A DNA stretch of 64,000 bases from Bacteroidota bacterium (GCA_041163765.1 JBEAQS010000098.1:2255-66254); one strand, 5' to 3'; positions 28,443-38,954 are shown, counted from the first letter of the stretch. The notes: a model not told the origin generated them from the sequence alone. Translations and numbers: made by a program.

Positions 28443-28450
28443 TATTTTTG
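28443..28450 (+). promoter_or_regulatory. -7 promoter box (TATTTTTG) upstream of the S4-domain gene
   Basis: Exact TAnnTTTG, 22 nt upstream of the ATG at 28473. Confidence 0.35.
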
Positions 28451-28472
28451 CTTGAGTCATTAACAAAGAATT

Positions 28473-28928
28473 ATGCGGCTAGACAAATATTTGTGGGCCA
28501 TGCGGTACTTCAAAACTAGATCGCTGGCCACTGAAGCCTTGAAAAAGGGTAAGGCGCGTATCGGGGATCAAATTGCCAAACCTTCAAGAGAGGTTTTTCC
28601 AGGTGATACTATCGCTCTGCGAAAAGATCAAGTGGATTATGTCATCGAAGTGATCGGTATACCCGAGTCGCGAGTTGGTGCCAAATTGCTCAATCTTTAC
28701 CGAACTGACCGAACACCTGCAGAAAATCTTGAATTGGCTCGATTAAAACAACTAGCCCAAAACCACTACCGTGAACGAGGAACTGGTAGACCTACCAAAA
28801 AAGATCGCCGGGCGCTTGATGAATACGCACCCGATTCAGTCACTGAGGCGCTTATAGAGGAGTTTATTCAAGAAACGCCAAAATCAGCCACTCCTTTGTT
28901 ACCTTTAACCGAAAATGATGCGCTATGA
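28473..28928 (+). CDS. S4 domain RNA-binding protein (Hsp15-like)
   Basis: MRLDKYLW..R..K.R..A (S4 motif) with a basic C-terminal extension. Confidence 0.7.
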   Translation: MRLDKYLWAMRYFKTRSLATEALKKGKARIGDQIAKPSREVFPGDTIALRKDQVDYVIEVIGIPESRVGAKLLNLYRTDRTPAENLELARLKQLAQNHYRERGTGRPTKKDRRALDEYAPDSVTEALIEEFIQETPKSATPLLPLTENDAL

Positions 28929-29425
28929 AAGACCTTATATTAGGGCATGAAGCCATACAGCACAAAATAAATAGAATAGCCTACCAAATCTATGAGTCCA
29001 ATGTTCATGAAACCAAAATTGTTGTCGCTGGTATTCATGGAGGAGGCTCATTATTTGCCGAGAAAATTATAAGCGTATTGCAACGCATCACCCAGGCGGA
29101 GATTTTGACCTGTACGGTAGACATGGACAAAAAGAACCCGCTTTCCAGGCCTATCAATACTAGTATTCCCCTGGAGGAACTGACTAATTGTTCTTTGGTT
29201 CTAGTCGATGATGTACTCAATTCAGGTACAACACTGATTTACGGGGTTCATCATTTTCTACAAATACCCCTAAAAAAATTAAAAACGGCAGTCCTGGTTA
29301 ACCGAAACCACAAAAAATTTCCTGTAAAAGCCGACTTTAAAGGTATATCGCTTTCCACATCCCTAAACGAACACATTGATGTAGTCTTAGACCAAGATCG
29401 GGATGCTGTCTACCTAAGTCAATAA
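28925..29425 (+). CDS. phosphoribosyltransferase family protein (PyrR-like)
   Basis: PRPP-binding loop LVLVDDVLNSGTT and a PyrR-like N-terminus. ATGA overlap with the upstream gene. Confidence 0.7.
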   Translation: MKDLILGHEAIQHKINRIAYQIYESNVHETKIVVAGIHGGGSLFAEKIISVLQRITQAEILTCTVDMDKKNPLSRPINTSIPLEELTNCSLVLVDDVLNSGTTLIYGVHHFLQIPLKKLKTAVLVNRNHKKFPVKADFKGISLSTSLNEHIDVVLDQDRDAVYLSQ

Positions 29426-29935
29426 AGTTTGGGACATTATGCGCTCCACACACTCCTCCGGACTCAGATGATCCACGAGCACATGCGTGGATGCTTTTGC
29501 ATAAAAAGGCAGGCGTTCAAACAAGTGTTTCCCGATAAATTCAGGGAGATCTTCATCGGGCAAATGGGCGATTAAAGGCCTAGTGCCCTTTTCAACAATC
29601 AGTCGATCTACTAGCGCTGAAACCGTCATTTGCAAATAGACTACATGATCTGCTGCCGATAAAATCAATGACATATTATCCCCATAGGAAGGGGTACCTC
29701 CTCCAGTAGACAGTACAAATGAAGTGTTTTGTGTAAGCACTTGCTTGAGCAGTGATTGTTCCAGCTTTCTGAAATAAATAACGCCCTTTAGGGCAAACAA
29801 ATCAGTCACCGATAAACCCGATTCGACTTCAATCAGATGATCTAAATCTATAAACGAGACTCCTAAATTTTGAGCCAATAGACGACCTATAGTGGATTTA
29901 CCACTCCCCATATAACCGACAAGAACCATCTTCAT
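29414..29935 (-). CDS. aroK: shikimate kinase
   Basis: Walker A LVGYMGSGKST.GR.LA and the STGGG motif. 173 aa. Confidence 0.9.
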   Translation of the reverse strand: MKMVLVGYMGSGKSTIGRLLAQNLGVSFIDLDHLIEVESGLSVTDLFALKGVIYFRKLEQSLLKQVLTQNTSFVLSTGGGTPSYGDNMSLILSAADHVVYLQMTVSALVDRLIVEKGTRPLIAHLPDEDLPEFIGKHLFERLPFYAKASTHVLVDHLSPEECVERIMSQTLLT

Positions 29936-29939
29936 GAGT

Positions 29940-29947
29940 CAAAAATA
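29940..29947 (-). promoter_or_regulatory. -7 promoter box (TATTTTTG) 4 nt upstream of the aroK ATG
   Basis: The minus strand reads TATTTTTG-ACTC-ATG. Confidence 0.4.
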
Positions 29948-30007
29948 CAGCAAAACACGCTGAGAAAATCTTTGAGCAAAAAAAAAGGGGATTTATCCAA
30001 AAAAGCC

Positions 30008-30037
30008 TTGTATAATCAATATTAGATAGTATATTTG
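30008..30037 (+). promoter_or_regulatory. consensus Bacteroidetes sigma-A promoter for tRNA-Lys
   Basis: TTG (30008-30010), exactly N19, then TATATTTG (30030-30037), 32 nt upstream of the tRNA 5' end. Confidence 0.55.
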
Positions 30038-30069
30038 CACCCGCTATTAACAACTAAGTTAATGCGACT

Positions 30070-30142
30070 GACCAGGTAGCTCAGCCGGTAGAGCATCTCA
30101 CTTTTAATGAGAGGGTCCTGGGTTCGAATCCCAGCCCGGTCA
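30070..30142 (+). tRNA. tRNA-Lys (anticodon UUU)
   Basis: Manual cloverleaf, 73 nt: 7-bp acceptor stem (one A5-C68 mismatch), D arm GCTC/GAGC, anticodon loop CTTTTAA and T arm CTGGG-TTCGAAT-CCCAG. No encoded CCA. Confidence 0.93.
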
Positions 30143-30148
30143 CAACTA

Positions 30149-30176
30149 AAGTTAAGTTTACCGCTTAACTTTTTTT
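30149..30176 (+). terminator. hairpin plus T-tract between the two tRNAs
   Basis: AAGTTAAG-TTTACCG-CTTAACTT-T5. The stem is AT-rich, so strength is uncertain. Confidence 0.45.
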
Positions 30177-30202
30177 GTATCTAATACTCTAGGTTTTTTT
30201 CC

Positions 30203-30286
30203 GCCCACGTGGAGAAATTGGTAGACTTGCCATCTTGAGGGGGTGGTGTTCGTAAGGACGTGCTGGTTCGAATCCAGTCGTGGGCA
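30203..30286 (+). tRNA. tRNA-Leu (anticodon GAG)
   Basis: Manual cloverleaf, 84 nt, type II: perfect acceptor stem GCCCACG/CGTGGGC, anticodon stem CCATC/GGTGG, loop TTGAGGG, a 15-nt variable arm and T arm GCTGG-TTCGAAT-CCAGT. Confidence 0.93.
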
Positions 30287-30290
30287 CAAA

Positions 30291-30317
30291 GCCCTTCCCA
30301 GAGGAAGGGCTTTTTTT
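30291..30317 (+). terminator. intrinsic terminator after tRNA-Leu
   Basis: GCCCTTCC-CAGA-GGAAGGGC-T7. Confidence 0.7.
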
Positions 30318-30378
30318 ATCCTTCATGCGGAGTTACCGTTTAATTTTCTAATTTAACTGGATAAACACCCTTAGGTCA

Positions 30379-31626
30379 ATGAAAAAATGCGTGGTGCTCG
30401 GTTCTGGTATTCAAGGATTATCTGCCGCATATTACCTCCGTGAAGCGGGACATCAAGTAACTATTATCGACCCACATAAAGAATATCAAGGTGCTTCTTG
30501 GGTCAATGCTGGATACTTAACCCCCAGCCACATCATCACCATCGCCAATCCAAAGACACTAGCTAATGGGATAAAATGGATGTTTCGATCGGACAGTCCC
30601 TTTTACATGAAACCCAGGTTGGATATCGATTTTATACGTTGGTTATGGGAATTTTATCGCTCGGCCACCCCAGAAAAAGTAGCTAACGCTATAGGTCCCA
30701 TTGAAAGCATTAATTTACTGAGCAAACAGTGCTACGAAAAAATCCACCAAGAATTAACTATCGGCAACTTTCAGTTGGATCAACGTGGCTTGTTGATGTT
30801 GTACAAAACAACAGCCGCAGAAAAATCTGAGACAGCTGTGGCGCTCAAGGCACAGTCAGACGGACTCAGTGTTTCATTTTTAGATCGCCCTCAACTAGAA
30901 AAGATTCAGCCTGGAGTCAATAAAGAGGTAAAAGGGGCTATTCATTACACCTGTGATGCACATACTACACCGCCAGAAATTATGCGATTACTCACCCAAC
31001 ACCTCAAAAAAAACGGAGTGTCTTGGGTACACGAAACCTTAGATCGCTGGGAGATCAGCCAAGACAAAATTACCGCCATACACACTACGACCAATACGTA
31101 CCCTGCGGACTATTTTGTCGTTGCGGCAGGTGTTTGGAGCAAAGACCTATTAAAAAGAGCAGGAATACACCTGAGTCTAGAAGCGGGTAAAGGGTATAGT
31201 ATGGATGTACACCGTACTCATCCCATTAACTACCCAGCGATACTTATGGAACCCAAATGTGCGATCACACCCATGGAGGGTTGGGCTCGCTTTGCGGGAA
31301 CCATGGAATTATCTGGAAATAATCACTGTATTCGGCCTGAACGTGTCAAAGCCATTGCAAAAGCCGTGAGTGAATACTACGACGATTTTAAACTCAGTGC
31401 CGATGAAATGCAACAAGCTCGATGTGGATTAAGGCCGGTGAGCCCGGATGGACTTCCACTGATAGGTCCTACTGAAAAATACCCCAACCTGATGGTAGCT
31501 ACAGGACATGCCATGATGGGATGGAGCTTAGGTCCAGGTACTGGAAAATTAATTCAACAATGTATCGACCAGAAGCCTACCTCCATAGATATTACCCCAT
31601 TTAATCCCAATCGAAAATTTTCTTAG
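30379..31626 (+). CDS. FAD-dependent oxidoreductase (D-amino-acid dehydrogenase-like)
   Basis: N-terminal dinucleotide fold VVLGSGIQGLSAAYYL..G..V, DAO-family length (415 aa) and a C-terminal GH.MMGWSLGPGTG. Confidence 0.75.
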   Translation: MKKCVVLGSGIQGLSAAYYLREAGHQVTIIDPHKEYQGASWVNAGYLTPSHIITIANPKTLANGIKWMFRSDSPFYMKPRLDIDFIRWLWEFYRSATPEKVANAIGPIESINLLSKQCYEKIHQELTIGNFQLDQRGLLMLYKTTAAEKSETAVALKAQSDGLSVSFLDRPQLEKIQPGVNKEVKGAIHYTCDAHTTPPEIMRLLTQHLKKNGVSWVHETLDRWEISQDKITAIHTTTNTYPADYFVVAAGVWSKDLLKRAGIHLSLEAGKGYSMDVHRTHPINYPAILMEPKCAITPMEGWARFAGTMELSGNNHCIRPERVKAIAKAVSEYYDDFKLSADEMQQARCGLRPVSPDGLPLIGPTEKYPNLMVATGHAMMGWSLGPGTGKLIQQCIDQKPTSIDITPFNPNRKFS

Positions 31627-31655
31627 AAAAAAAAAGGCCCCTTTGGGGCCTTTTT
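31627..31655. terminator. bidirectional intrinsic terminator (oxidoreductase gene / aconitase gene)
   Basis: A9-GGCCCC-TTT-GGGGCC-T5, between convergent genes. Confidence 0.7.
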
Positions 31656-31674
31656 ACAGGGAAAACGTTTCCGA

Positions 31675-33939
31675 TTAAGCGTTCTGTAGCTTAATCAAGT
31701 TCAATGCAGAACCTGCCTTAAACCAAGCGATCTGCGCATCGTTATAACTGTGTGCAGCTTTAATCACCTCTTTGCTTCCATCGGCATGAGTCAATTCAAC
31801 GGTAAGGGCTTTACCGGGAGCCATTGAATCTATATCTACTAAGCTGATGCGATCATCCTCGCGAATCAATTCATAATCAGACTCTTGCACAAAAGTAAGT
31901 GCTAGCATCCCTTGTTTTTTCAGGTTAGTTTCATGAATTCTAGCAAATGATTTAACTAAAACAGCGCCAACACCTAGATGACGAGGCTGCATAGCGGCAT
32001 GCTCACGCGAAGAACCCTCTCCATAATTGTGGTCTCCCACTACCAAAGAGCGAATACCTGCAGCTTTATAAGCGCGTTGCGTATCAGGAACTCCCCCATA
32101 AGCACCGCTTAACTGATTTTTCACCAAGTTTGTCTTGTCGTTGAACGCATTGACCGCCCCAATGAGCGTATTGTTGGCAATATTGTCCAAATGACCTCTG
32201 TAACGCAACCATGGACCAGCCATGGATATGTGGTCCGTGGTACATTTGCCTTTAGCCTTGATGAGCAGTGTCATATTTTGAAGACTTTCAACAGTCATAG
32301 GCTCAAACGATTCAAGTAATTGAAGGCGTTCAGAGTCAGGACTCACCGCAACTTGAACATGAGAACCATCAGCCTCAGGCGCGACGAATCCAGCGTCTTC
32401 CACAGCAAATCCTGCTGGTGGCAGTTCGATACCCATCGGCTCTTCAAATCGAACCTCTTCTCCATCTTCATTGATCAATGCATCGGTTACCGGATTAAAA
32501 TCTAGTCGTCCTGCGATAGCTAAGGCAGCAACTAACTCTGGCGAACCAACAAATGCATGGGTATTTGGGTTTCCATCGGCTCTTTTAGAAAAATTCCTAT
32601 TAAAAGAGTGTACAATCGTATTTTTTCGGTCACCTTGACTATCAGATCTATCCCATTGTCCAATACACGGTCCACAAGCATTAGTAAAAATGGTAGCTCC
32701 CAAGGTTTCAAAAGTAGCTAGCAAACCATCGCGTTCTGCCGTATATCTGATCTGCTCTGAACCTGGGTTAATCCCAAAGTCCGCTTTGGCTTTTATTTTT
32801 TTATCCACCGCTTGTTGAGCGATCGATGCTGCTCTAGTCAAATCTTCGTAAGATGAATTGGTACAGGAACCAATCAACCCCCACTCCACTTTTACAGGCC
32901 AGTCGTTTTTCTGTGCCAAGGCACCTACTTCACTGATGGGAGTGGCCAAATCTGGAGTAAATGGACCATTCAAGTGAGGCATTAATGTACTGAGATCGAT
33001 CTCGATAACCTGATCAAAATACTTTTCAGGTTGAGCGTAGACTTCAGGATCTGCGGTGAGGTGTTGACGCACAGCATTGGCTGCATCGGCCACATCACTG
33101 CGATCTGTAGCGCGTAAATAGCGCTCCATAGAATCGTCATAACCAAACGTTGAAGTGGTTGCACCCACTTCAGCGCCCATATTGCATATAGTTCCCTTAC
33201 CTGTACAAGACAAGTTTTGGGCACCTTCTCCAAAATACTCAATAATAGCGCCGGTTCCACCTTTAACTGTAAGAATCCCTGCCACTTTTAAAATGACATC
33301 CTTAGCAGAAGTCCATCCGGATAATTTACCGGTAAGTTTAACCCCGATGAGTTTGGGGAATTTTAATTCCCAAGCCATACCTGCCATCACATCAACGGCG
33401 TCAGCACCTCCAACACCAATAGCCAACATACCCAATCCACCAGCATTTACCGTATGTGAGTCAGTTCCAATCATCATCCCCCCTGGAAATGCATAGTTTT
33501 CTAGGACTACTTGGTGGATAATTCCCGCACCTGGTTTCCAAAAACCGATGCCATATTTATTGGATACAGACTCTAAGAAATTAAATACCTCTGCACTGGA
33601 GTTGTTAGCGGACTTAAGATCTGCTACTGCCCCGCTCTTTGCTTGAATCAAGTGATCGCAATGAACGGTTGTCGGAACTGCTACCTTAGATTTACCCGCT
33701 TGCATAAACTGCAGCAAGGCCATCTGAGCTGTGGCATCTTGACAAGCAATGCGGTCTGGAGCAAAATCCACATAATCCTTACCTCTGCCATAGGCAGTTG
33801 TAGGAAGTCCATCCCAGAGGTGATTGTACAAAATTTTCTCAGAAAGCGTTAGGGGTCTTCCTACAATAGTGCGTGCGCGCTCGATGCGTTCTGCCATTTG
33901 GGCATACACGCCCTGAATCATTTCAATATCAAAAGCCAT
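31675..33939 (-). CDS. aconitate hydratase (about 754 aa, mitochondrial-like type)
   Basis: Aconitase Fe-S ligand regions ([24 protein letters not shown]) and a swivel domain ([15 protein letters not shown]). Confidence 0.95.
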   Translation of the reverse strand: MAFDIEMIQGVYAQMAERIERARTIVGRPLTLSEKILYNHLWDGLPTTAYGRGKDYVDFAPDRIACQDATAQMALLQFMQAGKSKVAVPTTVHCDHLIQAKSGAVADLKSANNSSAEVFNFLESVSNKYGIGFWKPGAGIIHQVVLENYAFPGGMMIGTDSHTVNAGGLGMLAIGVGGADAVDVMAGMAWELKFPKLIGVKLTGKLSGWTSAKDVILKVAGILTVKGGTGAIIEYFGEGAQNLSCTGKGTICNMGAEVGATTSTFGYDDSMERYLRATDRSDVADAANAVRQHLTADPEVYAQPEKYFDQVIEIDLSTLMPHLNGPFTPDLATPISEVGALAQKNDWPVKVEWGLIGSCTNSSYEDLTRAASIAQQAVDKKIKAKADFGINPGSEQIRYTAERDGLLATFETLGATIFTNACGPCIGQWDRSDSQGDRKNTIVHSFNRNFSKRADGNPNTHAFVGSPELVAALAIAGRLDFNPVTDALINEDGEEVRFEEPMGIELPPAGFAVEDAGFVAPEADGSHVQVAVSPDSERLQLLESFEPMTVESLQNMTLLIKAKGKCTTDHISMAGPWLRYRGHLDNIANNTLIGAVNAFNDKTNLVKNQLSGAYGGVPDTQRAYKAAGIRSLVVGDHNYGEGSSREHAAMQPRHLGVGAVLVKSFARIHETNLKKQGMLALTFVQESDYELIREDDRISLVDIDSMAPGKALTVELTHADGSKEVIKAAHSYNDAQIAWFKAGSALNLIKLQNA

Positions 33940-34020
33940 GCTTCAAACTTTAAAGTCGGTAAAATTACTAAAAAACAAACTCTATAAGGGTTAAAAATAC
34001 GTATAACGGCGGTTACAGAA

Positions 34021-35418
34021 TTACTCTTTTCTCCAGTTGTTGTTAAAGGAACAATCCGCATAAGAACTACTGATGCTGATGTAGGTATCTGCAATATGTT
34101 TTTTCAGCCAACGATCAATTTCCGCTAACTGTTTTTCAGTTTTGGCCAATACCTGAATTTTCATATAATCTCGTGCAAAATCAGCTTGATGCTCTTCATA
34201 TCTATTGCTGACTTGTAAAATCTTAAACTTGGTAGCTCCACCTCTTGGATCTGGTTCCGCAATGGGCATCGAAATTTCGTTGTCCTTGAGTTTGCTCACT
34301 TGTGCATAAAGACTTGGATCCATTTTTGTGAGTTCAAATCTGGTGTCGTAATTGGTCGGATTGCGCAACAAACCGCCATCAAACTTCGTCTCGGTCTCTT
34401 CAGAATGTTCCAATGCAGCTTGAGCAAAAGTCATTTTGCCCTCCATGATTTGTTGGCGGATCTCCTTCAAGGAGGCTACTGCTGCATCAATAGCCTTTTG
34501 GGGAACTTCAGGAATTAACAATATGTGTCTTAAATCCAATTCTTGACCCCTGATTTTCTCTAGGTAAATAATGTGAAAACCAAAATCAGTTTCAAATGGT
34601 TCCGAAATTTCACCAGCCTGTAAGCTAAAGGCGACGTCTTTAAACTCCTTGATAAAGGGAGTTTCTCTGGTCATGGTGTAGAAACCGCCCTTGGATTTCG
34701 AACCTGGATCTTGTGAATACAAAATAGCCTTAACACTAAAACTAGCCCCATTATCTTCTACATCTGCTTTAATTTCACGCAGTCTTTCCACGATCCTCAT
34801 TTTTTCGGATTCGGGGGCTTTAGGGATTTTCACAATCTGTCCGATTTCCAATTCTGTACCAAAAACTGGCCTTTCTTCCTTGGGTAATCGATTAAAAAAC
34901 TGACGTGCTTCTTCAGGCGTAACCTCAATTTCAGAAACAATCTTGTCCTGCATACGCTCAGAAAGCAAACGCAACTTGTTGATTTTAAACAATTCTTCTC
35001 GGAAACTATCTTCGCTATCTTTCTTGTAAATACTCAAAATACGGTCCATCGAACCCGCTTGGGCAATCAACTGCTGAATTTGCCTGTCACCCACGGCACG
35101 GACCTCATCATCGGCAACCAAAATACTGTCTTGTATCGCTTGATGAGCATATAGCCTGTCCTCCATCAATTTACCCAACAATTGGCAACGGTTAATGTCC
35201 GTCTCGGAAACTCCTTGATTGCGCAAATCGATTAGGGTTTTTTCAATATCCGATTCTAGGATCACGTAATCTCCTACTACCGCAGCTACCCCATCTACCT
35301 TGATGCGTTGCTGCGCAAATAAAGCAGACAACGTCAGCGACCACAAAGCAATCAGGCTAAGGGCGGTAAATTTCCAATTCTTTTTTACGGATGGCTTCAT
35401 CAAGTAATGCTTTTTCAA
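34021..35418 (-). CDS. SurA-like peptidyl-prolyl isomerase (parvulin domain)
   Basis: Signal peptide, SurA_N-like chaperone region and a PpiC-type domain (FGFHIIYLEK, HILL). Confidence 0.75.
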   Translation of the reverse strand: MKKHYLMKPSVKKNWKFTALSLIALWSLTLSALFAQQRIKVDGVAAVVGDYVILESDIEKTLIDLRNQGVSETDINRCQLLGKLMEDRLYAHQAIQDSILVADDEVRAVGDRQIQQLIAQAGSMDRILSIYKKDSEDSFREELFKINKLRLLSERMQDKIVSEIEVTPEEARQFFNRLPKEERPVFGTELEIGQIVKIPKAPESEKMRIVERLREIKADVEDNGASFSVKAILYSQDPGSKSKGGFYTMTRETPFIKEFKDVAFSLQAGEISEPFETDFGFHIIYLEKIRGQELDLRHILLIPEVPQKAIDAAVASLKEIRQQIMEGKMTFAQAALEHSEETETKFDGGLLRNPTNYDTRFELTKMDPSLYAQVSKLKDNEISMPIAEPDPRGGATKFKILQVSNRYEEHQADFARDYMKIQVLAKTEKQLAEIDRWLKKHIADTYISISSSYADCSFNNNWRKE

Positions 35419-36214
35419 GATTTCTGAAATAATTCTGTTTTCTTCTGTTGATCAAAATAGTTTTTATATCCTTAGCAACATAGGATAAGGGGGCTACCTC
35501 GGGAGGAGTAAGCACCGTTTTGACCTGTCCCAAATATACCCCTAATGAATCCTGAATTTCAAAAAATTGTGCATTTTTTAAGTATAAATGCTCGTTTTCA
35601 GGCACGATGGGTTTAATGGCTACAAACAATTCACGGGCTGGAATCCATTGTGAGTCATTGATAAAAACTTGATCTAAATAAATACTGGTTGAATCCAAAT
35701 ACTTTTGATCCGCTTTATTGAAGCGTTTCAGGCTTTTTCTGACCTGATTTAAGCCGGGATAACCCACAGGCGCTTGAACATACCGCAATTGAACAATTTT
35801 TTCTTTAAGCTGAAAATTTACCTGTTCGCTCTGGTAAAACGCAGCCATCTCTTCAGAGCTCACGACAGAATCCAGAGCCGATTGAGCCATTACTTCCTTG
35901 TAGGCTAGGGCCAGTAAATCAGCTCGATAGTTGGCGACCAACTCCGATAACTCGGTTAACTTTTCTTCGGACAAATTGACACCTGCCTTTTCTACATACA
36001 TCAATTCTAACGCCCATTTGTCAATGTAATAATGGATCGCCACGATACTGTCCTCAGGGCTTTTTCCGGTATACAGCGATGAGGGGATGTCCGAAAGATA
36101 AAGTTCTTCAGCACCATAGCGAGCGACTAACTCAGGTTTTTGGGGCGAAGAAAACCATTGACACGAAGCAACCAACAGCAATAAAAACAAGCCTGTGAAC
36201 CAGCTTTTAATCAT
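35357..36214 (-). CDS. hypothetical lipoprotein (SurA-N/PPIase-chaperone-like)
   Basis: Lipobox LLLLVASC. Helical protein in an operon with the SurA-like gene. No catalytic motif seen. Confidence 0.5.
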   Translation of the reverse strand: MIKSWFTGLFLLLLVASCQWFSSPQKPELVARYGAEELYLSDIPSSLYTGKSPEDSIVAIHYYIDKWALELMYVEKAGVNLSEEKLTELSELVANYRADLLALAYKEVMAQSALDSVVSSEEMAAFYQSEQVNFQLKEKIVQLRYVQAPVGYPGLNQVRKSLKRFNKADQKYLDSTSIYLDQVFINDSQWIPARELFVAIKPIVPENEHLYLKNAQFFEIQDSLGVYLGQVKTVLTPPEVAPLSYVAKDIKTILINRRKQNYFRNLEKALLDEAIRKKELEIYRP

Positions 36215-37533
36215 TTTACAGAAGAGTTTAGTTGCACAGGAACACCCATCAAATCAAAGTCACTGGCTTCCGTAATTTCAACCCAAGCAAAGTCACCGAT
36301 ACGAACGTAGTGATCTTTGGCATTGATATGCACCTCATTATCTACGTCGGGTGAGTCGAATTCAGTACGTCCAATGAAATAGCCACCTTCTTTGCGATCG
36401 ATCAAGCAGCGGTATACCTTTCCCACTTTCTGTTGATTCATGGACCACGAAATTTCAGCCTGTATGTCCATAATTTCCGCTGCACGTGCCTCCTTTACTT
36501 CTTGGGGCACATCATCTTCGAGTTCATAGGCTTTAGTATCTTGTTCGTGGCTGTACGTAAAACAACCCAATCGATCAAAACGCATGTCCATGACCCATTG
36601 CTTTAATCGATCAAAATCATCCTGAGTTTCACCAGGATAACCGACTATAAGTGTTGTGCGCAAAGCGATACCAGGTACCTCTTTTCTGAAGTTTTCTATT
36701 AAAGCAGTAGTTTTTGCTTGCGTTGTTCCCCGGCGCATACTTTTCAAAATTGGGTCTGAAATATGCTGAAGAGGAATATCTAAGTAGTTACATAGTTTAG
36801 GTTCGGTGCGCATTACTTCAAGCACGTCCATAGGGAAGCCGGTAGGAAAAGCATAATGAAGTCTAATCCATTCAACTCCTTCCACCTTAACCAACTCTCT
36901 GAGTAAATCAGCTAGACGTCTACTTCCGTAAAGATCTAACCCGTAATACGTCAAATCTTGTGCGATCAGAATTAATTCCTTAACCCCTTTAGCTGCTAGT
37001 CCTTGAGCCTCCACGACTAGATCCTCTATAGATTTTGACTTGTGTTTGCCTCGCATCAATGGGATCGCACAAAAAGAACAGGGTCGATCACATCCTTCTG
37101 CAATTTTGAGGTAGGCGTAATTTTTTGGCGTAGTTGTTAATCGCTCTCCAATCAATTCATGTTTGTAGTCGGCACCTAAGGCCTCCAATAATTGAGGTAA
37201 ATCTGTCGTGCCAAAATAAGCATCTACATCGGGGATTTCCTTTTCCAACTCGGGTTTGTATCGCTCGCTGAGGCACCCCATCACAAACACCTTATCCAAC
37301 ACGCCCTCTTCTTTTTGACGGACCGCTTCTAAAATAGCGTTGACACTTTCTTGTTTGGCATTGGCGATAAAACCACATGTATTAACTACCGCAATATTGC
37401 CTTTTTGTTCGTGAACTACGTCTTTTCCACTGGCCTTAAGTTGCCCCATCAAAACCTCTGAATCGTACAGATTCTTGGAACAACCCAAAGTGATTACATT
37501 AATCACATTCTTTTTTATCGACTTGGTGCGCAT
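36211..37533 (-). CDS. rimO: ribosomal protein S12 methylthiotransferase RimO
   Basis: UPF0004 N-terminus (TLGCSKN..DSE), radical SAM motif CDRPCSFCAIP and a TRAM C-terminus. Confidence 0.9.
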   Translation of the reverse strand: MRTKSIKKNVINVITLGCSKNLYDSEVLMGQLKASGKDVVHEQKGNIAVVNTCGFIANAKQESVNAILEAVRQKEEGVLDKVFVMGCLSERYKPELEKEIPDVDAYFGTTDLPQLLEALGADYKHELIGERLTTTPKNYAYLKIAEGCDRPCSFCAIPLMRGKHKSKSIEDLVVEAQGLAAKGVKELILIAQDLTYYGLDLYGSRRLADLLRELVKVEGVEWIRLHYAFPTGFPMDVLEVMRTEPKLCNYLDIPLQHISDPILKSMRRGTTQAKTTALIENFRKEVPGIALRTTLIVGYPGETQDDFDRLKQWVMDMRFDRLGCFTYSHEQDTKAYELEDDVPQEVKEARAAEIMDIQAEISWSMNQQKVGKVYRCLIDRKEGGYFIGRTEFDSPDVDNEVHINAKDHYVRIGDFAWVEITEASDFDLMGVPVQLNSSVK

Positions 37534-38489
37534 TAGGCTTCTTTTTTTAGATTAAAAAAGGATTGAACAAAGGACACTCGATCAAACGCTTGAAGATCTT
37601 CCATCCCTTCTCCCACTCCGATATAGCGCACAGGTATTTGAAACTGATCGGAGATTCCCAATACTACACCTCCTTTAGCTGTACCATCCAATTTTGTAAT
37701 CGCCAAAGCTGTTACCTCGGTAGCCAAGGTAAATTGCTTGGCTTGCTCAAAGGCATTTTGACCGGTAGAGCCATCCAATACGAGCAACACTTCATGGGGC
37801 GCTCCTGGAACTACACGTTCCATCACGCGTTTTATTTTAGCCAGCTCATTCATCAAATTGACTTTGTTATGCAATCGACCCGCGGTATCGATAATAACTA
37901 CATCCACTCCTTGTTGCACGCCCTGCGTAATGGCTTCAAAGGCAACAGAGGCGGGATCTGAACCCATCTGTTGGCGCACCATAGGAACTTGAGCTCTATC
38001 CGCCCAAACCTGGAGCTGATCAATCGCTGCAGCCCGGAACGTATCTGCTGCGCCAAGTAGCACACCCAACCCTTTTGATTTGAATTGGTGAGCTAGCTTG
38101 CCAATGGTCGTTGTTTTTCCAGCTCCATTAACCCCGACCACCATGATCACATGTGGTTTTTGATCCCAAATGTATTCGGTAGAATGATCTTGGGCTAAAA
38201 ATAGAGAAGCAATTTCTTCTTTGAGTATGCCATGGAGTTGATCCACCCCAACATACTTATCTCTTTTAACTCTTTGCTGTACGCGATCAACCACCTTGAG
38301 GGTTGTGGCTACTCCTACATCACTGGCGATCAATACTTCTTCTAGCTCATCAAGTACATCGTCATCTACTTGATCCTTACCCATGACCGCTTTTTCAAGC
38401 TTGGCCATAAAAGATTGTTTTGAAGGTTCAAGCCCTTGATCCAATTTTTCTTTGTTGGGCGAAGAAAAAATCTTTTTAAAGAAACTCAT
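37533..38489 (-). CDS. ftsY: signal recognition particle receptor FtsY
   Basis: SRP GTPase NG domain: GVNGAGKTTTIGKLA, DTAGR and TKLDGTAKGG. Confidence 0.95.
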   Translation of the reverse strand: MSFFKKIFSSPNKEKLDQGLEPSKQSFMAKLEKAVMGKDQVDDDVLDELEEVLIASDVGVATTLKVVDRVQQRVKRDKYVGVDQLHGILKEEIASLFLAQDHSTEYIWDQKPHVIMVVGVNGAGKTTTIGKLAHQFKSKGLGVLLGAADTFRAAAIDQLQVWADRAQVPMVRQQMGSDPASVAFEAITQGVQQGVDVVIIDTAGRLHNKVNLMNELAKIKRVMERVVPGAPHEVLLVLDGSTGQNAFEQAKQFTLATEVTALAITKLDGTAKGGVVLGISDQFQIPVRYIGVGEGMEDLQAFDRVSFVQSFFNLKKEA

Positions 38490-38560
38490 TGAATAGTTTT
38501 ATGGAACTACAAAGATACAACATGAACTTGGCTCCTGTTCAAATACGGTCCGATTGGGTA

Positions 38561-38589
38561 TAAAAAAAGCCGCTTTTTCAAGCAGCTTT
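38561..38589 (-). terminator. intrinsic terminator after the rpmB-rpmG-DUF4295 operon
   Basis: Minus strand AAAGCTGC-TTGAAAAA-GCGGCTTT-T4ATAC, with one G-U pair. Confidence 0.5.
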
Positions 38590-38610
38590 ATCTAGATGAC
38601 CTAAAAGTCA

Positions 38611-38763
38611 TTATTTCTTGTCCAACCAGGCACCAACCAATTCAGGTGACATTACAGAATCAACAAAGGTATAAGCACCCGTTTTAGGTGACTTTACCAT
38701 TTTGATGGCTTTGGTCAAACGCTTAGAGCTAGTTTGTAGAGATGCTACGGTCTTCTTTGCCAT
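38611..38763 (-). CDS. DUF4295 family small protein (50 aa, absent from the ORF track)
   Basis: Manual translation gives MAKKTVASLQTSSKRLTKAIKMVKSPKTGAYTFVDSVMSPELVGAWLDKK. It sits immediately downstream of rpmG, as is typical in Bacteroidota. Confidence 0.7.
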   Translation of the reverse strand: MAKKTVASLQTSSKRLTKAIKMVKSPKTGAYTFVDSVMSPELVGAWLDKK

Positions 38764-38771
38764 GGTATTGC

Positions 38772-38954
38772 TTATTTAATTTCTTTGTGAACAGTCATAC
38801 GCTTAAGGATGGGATTAAATTTCTTAATCTCCATACGGTCTGGCGTGTTTTTTTTGTTTTTGGTTGTCACATAGCGTGAAGTTCCGGCCATACCGGATTC
38901 TTTGTGCTCTGTGCACTCCAAAATTACCTGAATTCTATTGCCTTTTTTTGCCAT
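38772..38954 (-). CDS. rpmG: 50S ribosomal protein L33
   Basis: 60 aa: [18 protein letters not shown]...Y.T.KN. Confidence 0.95.
   Translation of the reverse strand: MAKKGNRIQVILECTEHKESGMAGTSRYVTTKNKKNTPDRMEIKKFNPILKRMTVHKEIK

Noticed and set aside
30074-30137. A5-C68 mismatch in the acceptor stem of tRNA-Lys(UUU).
   Set aside because: A single mismatch in an otherwise canonical cloverleaf with intact T and D arms and its own consensus promoter. It is most likely a tolerated feature and not evidence of a pseudogene.
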